Positions 31,650 through 40,396 of a stretch of DNA of 64,000 nucleotides are shown here, in pieces. Every line of letters begins with the position of its first letter. Within the stretch, counting starts at the first letter, position 1. The DNA comes from Microgenomates group bacterium Gr01-1014_16 (lineage in GTDB: Bacteria > Patescibacteriota > Microgenomatia > CAZETR01 > Amesbacteraceae): positions 61,747 through 125,746 of the forward strand of contig VMGA01000001.1 of assembly GCA_007376345.1 (NCBI GenBank), given 5' to 3'. The position numbers and the translations under genes are program-made. Under the pieces are notes generated by a model. It saw only the letters and a program-made list of their open reading frames with translations, was not told where the DNA came from and did not search any database.

Positions 31650-33392
31650 TCAGTTAACTTTCCAAATTTCGACGTTGGCGTTGGAATAGATCTTTTCGAC
31701 CCCCAAGTCTCCCGGTGAAAATGGCAGTGACTCCCGATGATTGTCATATTTAGTTAAGTAAACATATTTGGCGCCTGTTTTTCGCAATTGAGTTTTGGCG
31801 GTTGATCTATCATCGGCCGTGAATATAGATTGATTATAAATTATTGGTTTTTGGGAAAATTCACTGACATATTTTCGCGAATTCGCAAACGCAGCAGGCC
31901 GAAATTCACTAAACCATGGACATTGTAAACATTCTTTATTTACAACCATTACTTTTCCAAAAGGCAGTAACCTCAATTTTTCTAATGCAATAATTTCTTC
32001 CGGAGAAACCCAATAATTTTCTTTTTTAAATTTTTTCCAGTCTAATTTGATTATTGTTTTTATGAGATTTTTTGGAGATTTAAACAAGTGTTTTGTTTCC
32101 AAACTCCAATCACTAAATACCCGTCCATCTTTTAGACCTTCAGTTTTAGTATTTATTTCAACCCGCCAATTATTATTTACTTGTTTAACTTCAACTAATT
32201 TTGACCTGAAGAATCTTTCGGGAGGCTTATTTTTGGACTCGAAATATTCAGTCTCTGTTTTAATGTCTGTATCTGTGATATTCCAAATTTCGGAAGAATC
32301 CTGAACCGCATCAATCAATGAGGGAATATTTATTCTCAAATCAAATTCAGCGTTGGGCCACTGGAAATAAGGCTCCCTAAAATCAGATGGATACACTCTG
32401 AAATCAATAATTTTGTTGTTTGTCTTATCTATTCCCAACCGATAAAATGGCGATTGGTACCACAACATGCCATCAGATTCGACTTGATGCGGAGGAGAAA
32501 GACCGGGGAACTGTTGTTTGTACCAATTGGCAAATTCGGTCATAGTCACTTTAGACGCGGCTTTTTGAGAAACAACCCGCATTTGTTTGGCGAACTCGTT
32601 TCCGTATACATCAGGAGTGAAATCACTTTCTAAGCCAACTGTAACTTGAGAAAATAGTTCGATCAGTTGGGTAAAATAATTAATGTCTAGTTTGGGGGTG
32701 GTAAAGTAGTCCTGGGTGCTGTAGAGACTGCTGTAGTAGCCCCGCCGGGGTTCGCGGGGAGCCCACTGGATGGTGACTATATCAAGTTTGGTTTCGGGAG
32801 TGGAAGCGGGAATGCCGGCATGAATAAGGCTGGGGTAATACGGGGTAGACCAATAGGTACCCCACACCTGATAGTTATCAGTCGAATACTGGTCTGAAAC
32901 TCCCAAATTGGCAGTAATGCTGTATTTGCGTTGCATGAATTCGAGAGAGAAACTGTCCGTCCACCAGGAACCGACTGAAATAGGATGGTAGCCAAAACGG
33001 GATTTGAATTTGGCAAAAACAGTATCGATTAACTTGAGGCGTTCTTCCTGGGTGTATCCGGAGAGGAATACTGAATTGGCAAAATGCCAGGAGGCTGATT
33101 GATGATAAGTAACGCCGGCGGATTGGGCAAGGCCAGGAGTGACTTCCAAAAAGATGCCTTTTTCCTGACGCTGGTCCATCTGGTTGGCGACATTTATTAG
33201 TTTGGGGTCAGATAATGCGTCAAAAGTAAACAACCAGGTAGCCGGAAGGCGATAACGGTTAATGACCGAATACTGGGCGGTAAGGCTCGCAGCCGGGTCA
33301 GGATTATACCTGGAGATTCGGACCGGATTGACTATGGTAATAAAACTGGCGGCTATTGCCAGCGCTTCATTCATCATTCCACATTTTAGCAA
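31650..33392 (-). CDS. Hypothetical protein, 580 aa. Possibly an exported carbohydrate-active enzyme.
   Basis: A hydrophobic N-terminus (MNEALAIAASFITIV) suggests a signal or anchor. The protein is rich in W/Y/T and contains FTFDAL and DxD-like segments. No confident family assignment. The true start may lie a few codons inside the track ORF. Confidence 0.35.
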   Translation of the reverse strand: MLKCGMMNEALAIAASFITIVNPVRISRYNPDPAASLTAQYSVINRYRLPATWLFTFDALSDPKLINVANQMDQRQEKGIFLEVTPGLAQSAGVTYHQSASWHFANSVFLSGYTQEERLKLIDTVFAKFKSRFGYHPISVGSWWTDSFSLEFMQRKYSITANLGVSDQYSTDNYQVWGTYWSTPYYPSLIHAGIPASTPETKLDIVTIQWAPREPRRGYYSSLYSTQDYFTTPKLDINYFTQLIELFSQVTVGLESDFTPDVYGNEFAKQMRVVSQKAASKVTMTEFANWYKQQFPGLSPPHQVESDGMLWYQSPFYRLGIDKTNNKIIDFRVYPSDFREPYFQWPNAEFDLRINIPSLIDAVQDSSEIWNITDTDIKTETEYFESKNKPPERFFRSKLVEVKQVNNNWRVEINTKTEGLKDGRVFSDWSLETKHLFKSPKNLIKTIIKLDWKKFKKENYWVSPEEIIALEKLRLLPFGKVMVVNKECLQCPWFSEFRPAAFANSRKYVSEFSQKPIIYNQSIFTADDRSTAKTQLRKTGAKYVYLTKYDNHRESLPFSPGDLGVEKIYSNANVEIWKVN

Positions 33393-34158
33393 TGATTTGA
33401 GTCTTTTTCTTTTCTACGGCACCATCCCAGGAAAACCAACATACCCCGGCTGAAGGAGATTTGACAGCTTGCGAATATTCTTCTTTTAAAATTGATTCGT
33501 CAATTTTGTCCGGCAAATTATCTGGCATATCTTTGACTGCAATGGCCGGTATTACCGGTTTACTTGCCAGATCAAATAAATATTTAGTGAATTGACTAAT
33601 GTATTGGACGGGTTTATCGAGCATCTGGTGATAAAGCATCGGACTGGAATAATCAAATGCCTTCACGAGTAGAGCGTGATTTTGGCCAAACTGGGGAAAT
33701 TCTTCGTATTTAAGCGGCACAGCGTAATATCCTAACTCCAGTCGCATTGGAATTTCTTCTTTGATCCAAGCAGCAATTTCTGCTAACTTCTCCCCTTTTT
33801 CTACTCCCCGGCAATAATGACAGGGCTTGTGGGCTAATACATACTTTAGCTTCTTCCCCGACTGTTCCCATTTGCCACGAAAACGAAAATGGTCCAAAAT
33901 TATGCTGTTGGGCTGATAGTCAACAGCTTGCTTAAGTAGGTCGCTCAACCGATTTTTTGCACTGGGATCAAAGGGGCAGACCTCGTCTCTAAAAGCGCTA
34001 ATGCAAAGTGATATTTTTACTCCCCAATTTTTGAGCTGCTTTAACCGTTTGTCATTCAATCGTTCCATCCAGGCAACGATTTCATTGGCGCCAGATGAAT
34101 ATAAAGTTTTCGTATCATAATCTCCAAATTTATATTCTAAAAAGATGGCTTTTCGCAT
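33367..34158 (-). CDS. Hypothetical protein, 263 aa. Possibly a TIM-barrel glycosidase-like protein.
   Basis: No recognisable catalytic motif. It is co-oriented and overlapping with the downstream hypothetical gene. Confidence 0.35.
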   Translation of the reverse strand: MRKAIFLEYKFGDYDTKTLYSSGANEIVAWMERLNDKRLKQLKNWGVKISLCISAFRDEVCPFDPSAKNRLSDLLKQAVDYQPNSIILDHFRFRGKWEQSGKKLKYVLAHKPCHYCRGVEKGEKLAEIAAWIKEEIPMRLELGYYAVPLKYEEFPQFGQNHALLVKAFDYSSPMLYHQMLDKPVQYISQFTKYLFDLASKPVIPAIAVKDMPDNLPDKIDESILKEEYSQAVKSPSAGVCWFSWDGAVEKKKTQIIAKMWNDE

Positions 34159-34183
34159 GGATTGATTTTATAATACAGCAGAT

Positions 34184-34933
34184 ATGAAGGTTTTGGGGCA
34201 TGCGTGGGTAGCTGTAAAGGTGTTTCCAACAGGAGAAAGAGAGAAGTTAGTCTGGGGAGCGGTGTTACCAGAGATGATGTTTTATGTTGAAAATAATCCT
34301 TTCAGTTACGAGGAGATTCATGAAGGAGGCGACACTGTTTTCAAGTGGGCAAAAGCCACAGGTCCGGCCTGGATTGATTTGGGTCGAGGTATGATAACTC
34401 ACGGCGTGAAATATGGGGCAGATTTTTTTAACGAACTGGATCGGCTAAAGCAGTTGGGATATGACAAAGAAAGGGATCAGAAATTCGATGAGTGTGTAGC
34501 TCGTGCGCTGGGAATAGATTTAAAAACGGCTAAGGCGAGGGTGCACAACATTTTAGATCTAGCCCTGGAAGTGTATTTGACTCGAGAATATCCAGAAATA
34601 AAAGTTTGGTTAAGCGCAGCGTTTGCACGGGTAACAGTAAGTGAGGTGGCTCAAACAGTGGCTGCAGTGTTTGGAAAAAATGAAAAACAGGCTGGATTGG
34701 CTATCGGGGAGTTAAAAGACAAAATCCGCCCGGAAACTTTAACTGATACGCAAGGAGTTGCTAGAATGTGGTGCCGGTTTTCCCAAAGCTTGCCAGAACA
34801 GAAAGTGGGAGAGAAAAAAGTGGTAGATGTCATAAATCTGGCAATTGAAAAAATACGAGGGAACGAGGAAATATTTATAGATCAAGTTATTGAACGAACG
34901 AAAAACAACGTTAAAGCCTTTTCAGACATTTAA
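34184..34933 (+). CDS. Hypothetical soluble protein, 249 aa.
   Basis: A clean ORF preceded by TTTATAAT about 10 nt upstream of the ATG. No family recognised. Confidence 0.4.
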   Translation: MKVLGHAWVAVKVFPTGEREKLVWGAVLPEMMFYVENNPFSYEEIHEGGDTVFKWAKATGPAWIDLGRGMITHGVKYGADFFNELDRLKQLGYDKERDQKFDECVARALGIDLKTAKARVHNILDLALEVYLTREYPEIKVWLSAAFARVTVSEVAQTVAAVFGKNEKQAGLAIGELKDKIRPETLTDTQGVARMWCRFSQSLPEQKVGEKKVVDVINLAIEKIRGNEEIFIDQVIERTKNNVKAFSDI

Positions 34934-34981
34934 TAGTCGGGTTTTTTGTTTGTGCTCGAGAAAAATTGCTTTGCGCATAGA

Positions 34982-35932
34982 TTAAAATGAATGGCGTATG
35001 ACAATTAATGGATACTCTCGGATGGCCAGACCAGCATAAACAACTGCTGCTCCAACGTGCCCCTTGGCCCAATAAGCAGAGGCAATTCCTATCAAAGCGT
35101 CTGCTTTGCCTTTGGGGTACTCTTCTACTTCCTCACGAATTCTCAAGGCTTCTTCAAAATCTTGCAGCGCAGGCTGGTAATCGCCTTTGGCCATGGCTAT
35201 CCCACCTTTTAGGAGGTGATAGTGCGCCAAAATCCCTCTCTCCTTATCTCTCCATAATACTTTTACTTCCCGCAAATACCGTTCCGCTTCATCGATATTT
35301 CCTTCTAACAACGCTATACGTACCAGCCAGGCAAATTGAAATCCCCGATTATCCGGCGGCAAATTTTTTTGCAGTTCCCGGTCGATGTAACTACGAGCAG
35401 CTAATAAATTTTCAGCCGGTTTTTCCCTATTCATAGCAAGACCAACATGAGCCCGTGCGGAAAAGTGGTCCAGGGTTGAAGCTAATGTTTGCTCATTTTG
35501 CCCCCAATTATCACTGGGAATTTGGGCTAAAAGTTGTCTGGAATTAGCCAAATCTCTTAATGAGTCGGTAAATCTTCCCTCGTAGTCATCGATCCACGCA
35601 CCCTTTTCTAAAACTCTGGCCTGCAGGTACAAACCATCGTCTCCGTTCAGAGAAGCTGCAATTTCATTGCCAATAGCGAGGAACTTCCTGGCTTGGCCGA
35701 ACCTTCCATAATTAACACACATTTGAGCAGCTTCTATATAGCATGAACCACGTTCTTGTAGGTTTTCGGTTTTTGCGGCTAAGGAGCAGAAATGGGAAAG
35801 GGCGTCTTTCCATTTGCCACCTGACTCTAATTGTTTCCCTTGGTCGAAAGAGGGATTTTCTATTTCAACTACACGGATTGGAGGTAAGACATGCTCGAAG
35901 ACCAGTCTGGCTGCTACTTCTTTAAGATTCAT
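34982..35932 (-). CDS. TPR-repeat-like protein.
   Basis: Repeated A/L/Y/G-rich 34-aa-like helical units (for example AAQMCVNYGRFGQARKFLAIG, AMAKGDYQPALQDFEEALRIRE, IASAYWAKGHVGAAVVYAGLAI). Confidence 0.5.
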   Translation of the reverse strand: MNLKEVAARLVFEHVLPPIRVVEIENPSFDQGKQLESGGKWKDALSHFCSLAAKTENLQERGSCYIEAAQMCVNYGRFGQARKFLAIGNEIAASLNGDDGLYLQARVLEKGAWIDDYEGRFTDSLRDLANSRQLLAQIPSDNWGQNEQTLASTLDHFSARAHVGLAMNREKPAENLLAARSYIDRELQKNLPPDNRGFQFAWLVRIALLEGNIDEAERYLREVKVLWRDKERGILAHYHLLKGGIAMAKGDYQPALQDFEEALRIREEVEEYPKGKADALIGIASAYWAKGHVGAAVVYAGLAIREYPLIVIRHSF

Positions 35933-35948
35933 GAGCAGATTATAATAC

Positions 35949-37130
35949 TTGATAATGAATATTACTGCTTATAAGAATAAAAATGTTTTGTTTCTATCCT
36001 TGGGTTCTGGATTGCTTTTTTTTGGCTTTAATGCCGCAGAGCAGCATTTTACAGCCTTTTACCAGACAATCGGTAGACAAAACTTGGCCTACGAATCACT
36101 GGCTATTTTGTACGCAGCAATTATTTTGGGTAATTTTATAGGTCCGGGTATAGTGGGAAAAATTGGAGCTAGGCTGGCTATCATCTGGGGATTTGTCGTC
36201 TATACCCTGCTGGTATTTGGTATCGTCACTAAAGTTACTGTCATAATTTACGGACTGTCATTCCTTTTGGGAATTGGTGCCGGTGTGATGGGAATAGCTC
36301 GGATAGAATTATTACGTTTAATCGCTCCCAAACAAAAGAGGGGTGAATATAGTGGGGCGATTGACTCTGTACGTACTGCCGGAGGTTTTTTGGGTATTTT
36401 GGCTGTTGGCGGCCTATTTCGTTGGCTAAGTATCGACAACACACTAATACTACTGGGGCTCGTCATGGTGACAGGAACTCTATTGCTTCTGAAATTAGAA
36501 AATGTTCACGACGATTCGCAAACGGGGGTTTTATTAAAACAAAATTTTTCTCTAATGCTAAGACTGGTCAAAGAACGGACTTTATTACTGATTGTTCCTT
36601 ACTCGGTAGCAGGAGGATTTTTACTAGGATTGGTACTGGGGGCAATTCCGGCAGCAATTGAGAAAAACTTCGGTATCGTTTGGGTGAGTCTGATCGTCTC
36701 TATTTTCTATCTCACTTCAGCAATGGTTCCGCTTCTGGCTGGATATTTGTCTGATATCAAGGGTCGATTCGGCTTAATTTATGCTTCCATTTTGTCGTCA
36801 ATTCTAGCGGTGATCATGTTTTTGCAAATTTCTGGTTTACCAGCGTTGGCTGTAATTATGATTTTTTTGGGATTGGGCGGATCTCTTGGCAGTGCTGCCT
36901 TTTCAGCTTTGATTCTAGACACTTTTGAGGATAAAGCCAAAGAAGCCACGGCCGTGTTGGGAAACCTGAGCCTAGTTTTGGGGGTCGTGCCCTCTTTTTT
37001 ACTGCCAAGGTGGCTTACTCAAACTCAATTGTTACATTTAGCCCTGGTTCTATCTGCTGGAGGTCTAATTTCTGTATGGCTGTTTACCAGGTTGCGGATT
37101 CAATTTATGAAACCCAATAACCTCGACTAA
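35949..37130 (+). CDS. MFS-type transporter (12-TM major facilitator-like).
   Basis: 393 aa with about 12 hydrophobic segments. G-rich loops (GPGIVGKIGARL, GIGAGVMGIARIELLR) resemble the MFS motif A region. Confidence 0.55.
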   Translation: MIMNITAYKNKNVLFLSLGSGLLFFGFNAAEQHFTAFYQTIGRQNLAYESLAILYAAIILGNFIGPGIVGKIGARLAIIWGFVVYTLLVFGIVTKVTVIIYGLSFLLGIGAGVMGIARIELLRLIAPKQKRGEYSGAIDSVRTAGGFLGILAVGGLFRWLSIDNTLILLGLVMVTGTLLLLKLENVHDDSQTGVLLKQNFSLMLRLVKERTLLLIVPYSVAGGFLLGLVLGAIPAAIEKNFGIVWVSLIVSIFYLTSAMVPLLAGYLSDIKGRFGLIYASILSSILAVIMFLQISGLPALAVIMIFLGLGGSLGSAAFSALILDTFEDKAKEATAVLGNLSLVLGVVPSFLLPRWLTQTQLLHLALVLSAGGLISVWLFTRLRIQFMKPNNLD

Positions 37131-38232
37131 ATAGGGCCAGGAAGAGGATAAAGCCGAGACAGCTGATGGAAAAGTACACCAGCCGGTTTAGTTTAGACGT
37201 CTGATGGAGCCATGTTCCAAGGATAATGAAAGCAGGGAAGCAAACCAGAACATACCTGGGCAGAGATGTAAAAGTGCCGGTTAAAGTGGGGATTATGAAA
37301 GATAAGAGATTAAAAACGGAGTAGGATAAGCGCTGTTTAAATAATGAATAAATGCTAATTATTCCAAACGTGAGGCCGGTAATAAATTCCAATAAAATAG
37401 TCAGAAATAGCGGATCGGCACGATTGACGGTAAAGATCATTTTCAAATAACGCCAGAAGACTTGATAGAGAAGAATTATTTTGTCGCTTCGTCCCTGGCC
37501 AAATAATTTTTGGACATGGATGAAAGCAAGAGAATCGCCAGTAGTGCGTTGCAAAAAAGACATGTATAACAAAAGTCCCAAAGGAATTAATATAAGAGGT
37601 ATGAGAGCTTTAAAACTTTTTTTCTGTAACCACCATTCGGCTATTAGAGCCGGTAGGAAAAAAATTCCGGCTAGTCTGGTGTATGCGGCCAGGAAACCGA
37701 AGATACCCGCGAGCCACCAGCGGGACCGGCGAGCCGAATAAAATGAGCCGATGACAAGGAAAAAAAATAACCCTTCGGTATATACAGATGTAAAGAAAAA
37801 ACTGACAGGGAAAATAAATAAAGCGATCAGTGTCCATTTCCGGACAGGACCGGGGTGGTCTAACGAAATTAATTTAGAGAATAAATAAACCCCAAACAAA
37901 AACGAGATAGAAGAGATAAGAATCCCGGTAACTGTGAAGTTTTTAAAGATTGAGTTTAGGAGACTTAATAATTTCGGATAGAGCGGGAAGAAGGCTTGCT
38001 GACCGTAGCCATAACCCCGACGGGCTATAGAAATATAATGAATGCCGTCAAAATTCGCCCGAGAATAAAGAAGAGGATTTTTTAAAAAAGGTTGGGGATT
38101 TAAGGGTGTGGATTGATCCTCCCCACCCTTGAAAGTCTGACGGAGGGGAAGAATTTGGATTGACAAATAGGTAATAATAATAATGGCGAGTTGCCAAATA
38201 AGAAAATACTTTAATATTTCAGAAAATTTCAT
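37105..38232 (-). CDS. GT-C-fold membrane glycosyltransferase, PIG-V/DUF2029 (GT87/GT76-like mannosyltransferase) family.
   Basis: SRANFDGIHYISIARRGYGYGQQAFFPLYPKLLSLL matches the conserved loop of PIG-V/DUF2029-type mannosyltransferases. About 10 TM helices. The start at 38232 gives an ATGA overlap with the upstream GT4. Confidence 0.5.
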   Translation of the reverse strand: MKFSEILKYFLIWQLAIIIITYLSIQILPLRQTFKGGEDQSTPLNPQPFLKNPLLYSRANFDGIHYISIARRGYGYGQQAFFPLYPKLLSLLNSIFKNFTVTGILISSISFLFGVYLFSKLISLDHPGPVRKWTLIALFIFPVSFFFTSVYTEGLFFFLVIGSFYSARRSRWWLAGIFGFLAAYTRLAGIFFLPALIAEWWLQKKSFKALIPLILIPLGLLLYMSFLQRTTGDSLAFIHVQKLFGQGRSDKIILLYQVFWRYLKMIFTVNRADPLFLTILLEFITGLTFGIISIYSLFKQRLSYSVFNLLSFIIPTLTGTFTSLPRYVLVCFPAFIILGTWLHQTSKLNRLVYFSISCLGFILFLALFSRGYWVS

Positions 38233-39242
38233 AATAATTCTTGATAAACTTGGAGTGTTTGTTCGGCCGTTTTTTTCCAAGAAAAGTTGTTGACAATAAT
38301 GCGTTTTCGTTTCATGGCTGTAGTTATGGCTTGAGCCATGTCATCAATATTATACGGATCAAAGTAAACGGCGGTGTCGCTGGCAATCTCCGGCAGAGAT
38401 CCAGCCCGACTGCAGGCGACGGGAGTGCCGCAGGCCTGGGCTTCCAAAACCGGCAGGCCAAAGCCTTCGGACAGTGACGGTTGGCAATAAACAGAGGCCA
38501 GGTTATATATATCAACTAGATCATCAACGAATCCCAAATGGGTGATTCCGGACCAGTCAATATCCCGCAAGTGACTGAGTTCGGGATGAGATAAATTTAA
38601 TTTTTCAATTTCTTGTGCCTGCTTTCCCACTATGACCAGGGGAAGGTTTAATTTTCTACAAGCCTGAACCAGCAAGGGAATGTTTTTGTTGTAATTTACG
38701 TCGCCGACGTAGAGGGCGAATTTTTTGGGTAAATTATATTTATTTACTGGATGAGGAATTTTTTTGAATATGGGATCGGCGGCCAGATAGACCAGGCGGA
38801 GTTTGTGGGGAGGGACACCCAAATATTTATTTATTTTTTTTAGCGAATAAAAGGAGTCAGTAATAATGCGATCAGTATTAATTAGCGATAATTTTTGCAA
38901 TTGGAGATTAACCCAGCCGCGGATACCTGGAGGATAGTGGTCGGGGAATTCCAAGGGGATAACGTCATGCACTGTGACAATTGTTTTGGTCTTTTTGACG
39001 ATTGGTAAGGTGGGGGAGAAAGGATCAAAATATGGGTAATGAATAATGTCCAATGTCCAATGTCCAATGTCCAATAGATTATTAATTTCGACTAATTGAA
39101 TATTGAATTTTGAACATTGAGTCTTTAAGGCTTGTAATAGCCGACTGGTGTAAAAGCCGACGCCGCGGACGGCGTGGCCGGAGGATAATGGAGAAGTGAT
39201 AAAGCCGACTTTTTTCATGCGGAGTATTTCGTATGTTGCCAA
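38229..39242 (-). CDS. GT4-family glycosyltransferase. Carries an internal heptanucleotide repeat.
   Basis: SEGFGLPVLEAQACGTPVACSRAGSLPEI is the GT4 EX7E region. The protein has no TM segments. Confidence 0.75.
   Translation of the reverse strand: MATYEILRMKKVGFITSPLSSGHAVRGVGFYTSRLLQALKTQCSKFNIQLVEINNLLDIGHWTLDIIHYPYFDPFSPTLPIVKKTKTIVTVHDVIPLEFPDHYPPGIRGWVNLQLQKLSLINTDRIITDSFYSLKKINKYLGVPPHKLRLVYLAADPIFKKIPHPVNKYNLPKKFALYVGDVNYNKNIPLLVQACRKLNLPLVIVGKQAQEIEKLNLSHPELSHLRDIDWSGITHLGFVDDLVDIYNLASVYCQPSLSEGFGLPVLEAQACGTPVACSRAGSLPEIASDTAVYFDPYNIDDMAQAITTAMKRKRIIVNNFSWKKTAEQTLQVYQELL
39045..39075. repeat. Heptanucleotide tandem repeat, (AATGTCC)x4.4, inside the GT4 coding sequence.
   Basis: aatgtcc aatgtcc aatgtcc aatgtcc aatag. 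It encodes LDIGHWTLDIIH on the minus strand. The unit length is not a multiple of 3. Confidence 0.8.
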
Positions 39243-39991
39243 TACTTAATATAAGCCACGGCATGAATAAGGCCGGAGAACAGGGCAAAAATGAACCCGG
39301 GCATGCCGTCGACGTAGCCGCGGTGACGGAAATAGATTTTCAAAAATGTTAGTGGGGGCTTGAGAAAGAGATAGAGAAGGGCATTACTTAAGTTGATGTT
39401 TATTTTTCTGTCCGCAAGTTGCAATGAAACAAATGTGGTGTAGCGGTTGAAGCCCTCCATGTATTTTTCGAAACTAGTGTCCCGGTAGTGGAGCAGGTCA
39501 TTTTTCAGATGCCCTACTTCACTTTCAACTTCTGCTTGCTCATGTACATCGTTGGCTGGAAGACGGCCTTTGCCTTTACGGTAAAGCCGGAGAGTCGGAT
39601 CTGGATATTGGCCGCCTTTAGTCAAAAAGCGGTTTAAGAACCAGTTTTTGCGGTTCATCCAGTAACCGTTATATTTTTTTGAGTTTATTTCTTTTTTAAT
39701 TTCGCTGGATAATTCCGGTGAGACGACTTCGTCGGCGTCGAGCTGTAAGATCCAGTCCCCCGTCGCAGCGTCTATGGCCATGTTTTTGTTGATGTGGAAG
39801 TTGGGTTTGTTGGTGGTGGAAATTATTCTGGCACCGAACTTTTTGGCGATTTCTACAGTTTTGTCCGTAGATTCCCCATCAACAACCACGATTTCATCGA
39901 TAATATCTTGAACCGACTCCAAACACTGACCTAAATTTTCCTCTTCGTTGAAAGTGGCCAGGACGACTGATAATTTTAAGTTTTTCTTCAT
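39215..39991 (-). CDS. GT2-family glycosyltransferase (small WaaE/KdtX-like type).
   Basis: LSVVLATFNEEENLGQCLESV...IVVVDGESTDKTVEIAKKFGARII...LQLDADE. A paralog of the gene at 63186..63938. Confidence 0.7.
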   Translation of the reverse strand: MKKNLKLSVVLATFNEEENLGQCLESVQDIIDEIVVVDGESTDKTVEIAKKFGARIISTTNKPNFHINKNMAIDAATGDWILQLDADEVVSPELSSEIKKEINSKKYNGYWMNRKNWFLNRFLTKGGQYPDPTLRLYRKGKGRLPANDVHEQAEVESEVGHLKNDLLHYRDTSFEKYMEGFNRYTTFVSLQLADRKININLSNALLYLFLKPPLTFLKIYFRHRGYVDGMPGFIFALFSGLIHAVAYIKYWQHTKYSA

Positions 39992-40395
39992 AAGTTCCCA
40001 TTTACAATACTAGGTAGTATTGTAATTAAAAATTCTTTTTCTTCAGGGAAATACATGTGGCCGATGGCAAAATCTATTGGGAACCAATCGTAGGTACTGT
40101 CAGATTTCTGATGATTAAAGTTGTGAGATTTCATTAAATACATATGAATATCTTTGACCACTTCTTCGCCCCAATCTTCTGTGGATTTTCTTGTTAAAAA
40201 GCCTAGTTTCTTGACAATTTCCAGATTTTGCAATCCAGTTTCTTCCTTAACTTCTCTCAATGCCGCTTGTTCCAAAGTTTCTCCAGGTTCAACATGACCC
40301 TTAGGAAAGCGTGTTAGATCGCTTTCTGGATAGGTTAATAAAAGAATTTTGTTGTTGTGGATGATGATGCCACCCGCTGATATTGCTTTCTTCAT
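39988..40395 (-). CDS. NUDIX hydrolase.
   Basis: The Nudix box GHVEPGETLEQAALREVKEETGL (GX5EX7REUXEEXGU). Length is 135 aa. Confidence 0.75.
   Translation of the reverse strand: MKKAISAGGIIIHNNKILLLTYPESDLTRFPKGHVEPGETLEQAALREVKEETGLQNLEIVKKLGFLTRKSTEDWGEEVVKDIHMYLMKSHNFNHQKSDSTYDWFPIDFAIGHMYFPEEKEFLITILPSIVNGNL
40002..40025. promoter_or_regulatory. Palindromic element family, copy 1 (type A), reading ttacaatacta-gg-tagtattgtaa, directly upstream of the GT2 start at 39991.
   Basis: A perfect inverted repeat with 11-nt arms and a 2-nt spacer. On the transcribed (minus) strand it reads TTACAA-17nt-TAAATG, a possible -35/-10 pair. It overlaps the 3' end of the NUDIX gene. Confidence 0.5.
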
Positions 40396-40396
40396 G

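Noticed and set aside
34934-34981. A possible rho-independent terminator after the + strand hypothetical gene (cgggttttttg ... gtgctcgagaaaaattgctttgcgcat).
   Set aside because: No convincing GC-rich stem directly precedes the T-run. The dyad symmetry is weak. It is not reported as a feature.
35008-35436. A 142-aa + strand ORF antisense to the TPR gene, and a 79-aa ORF at 36422..36661 inside the MFS gene.
   Set aside because: Both lie within better-supported genes. They have a Pro/Leu/Arg-rich composition typical of antisense frames of GC-richer segments. There are no motifs.
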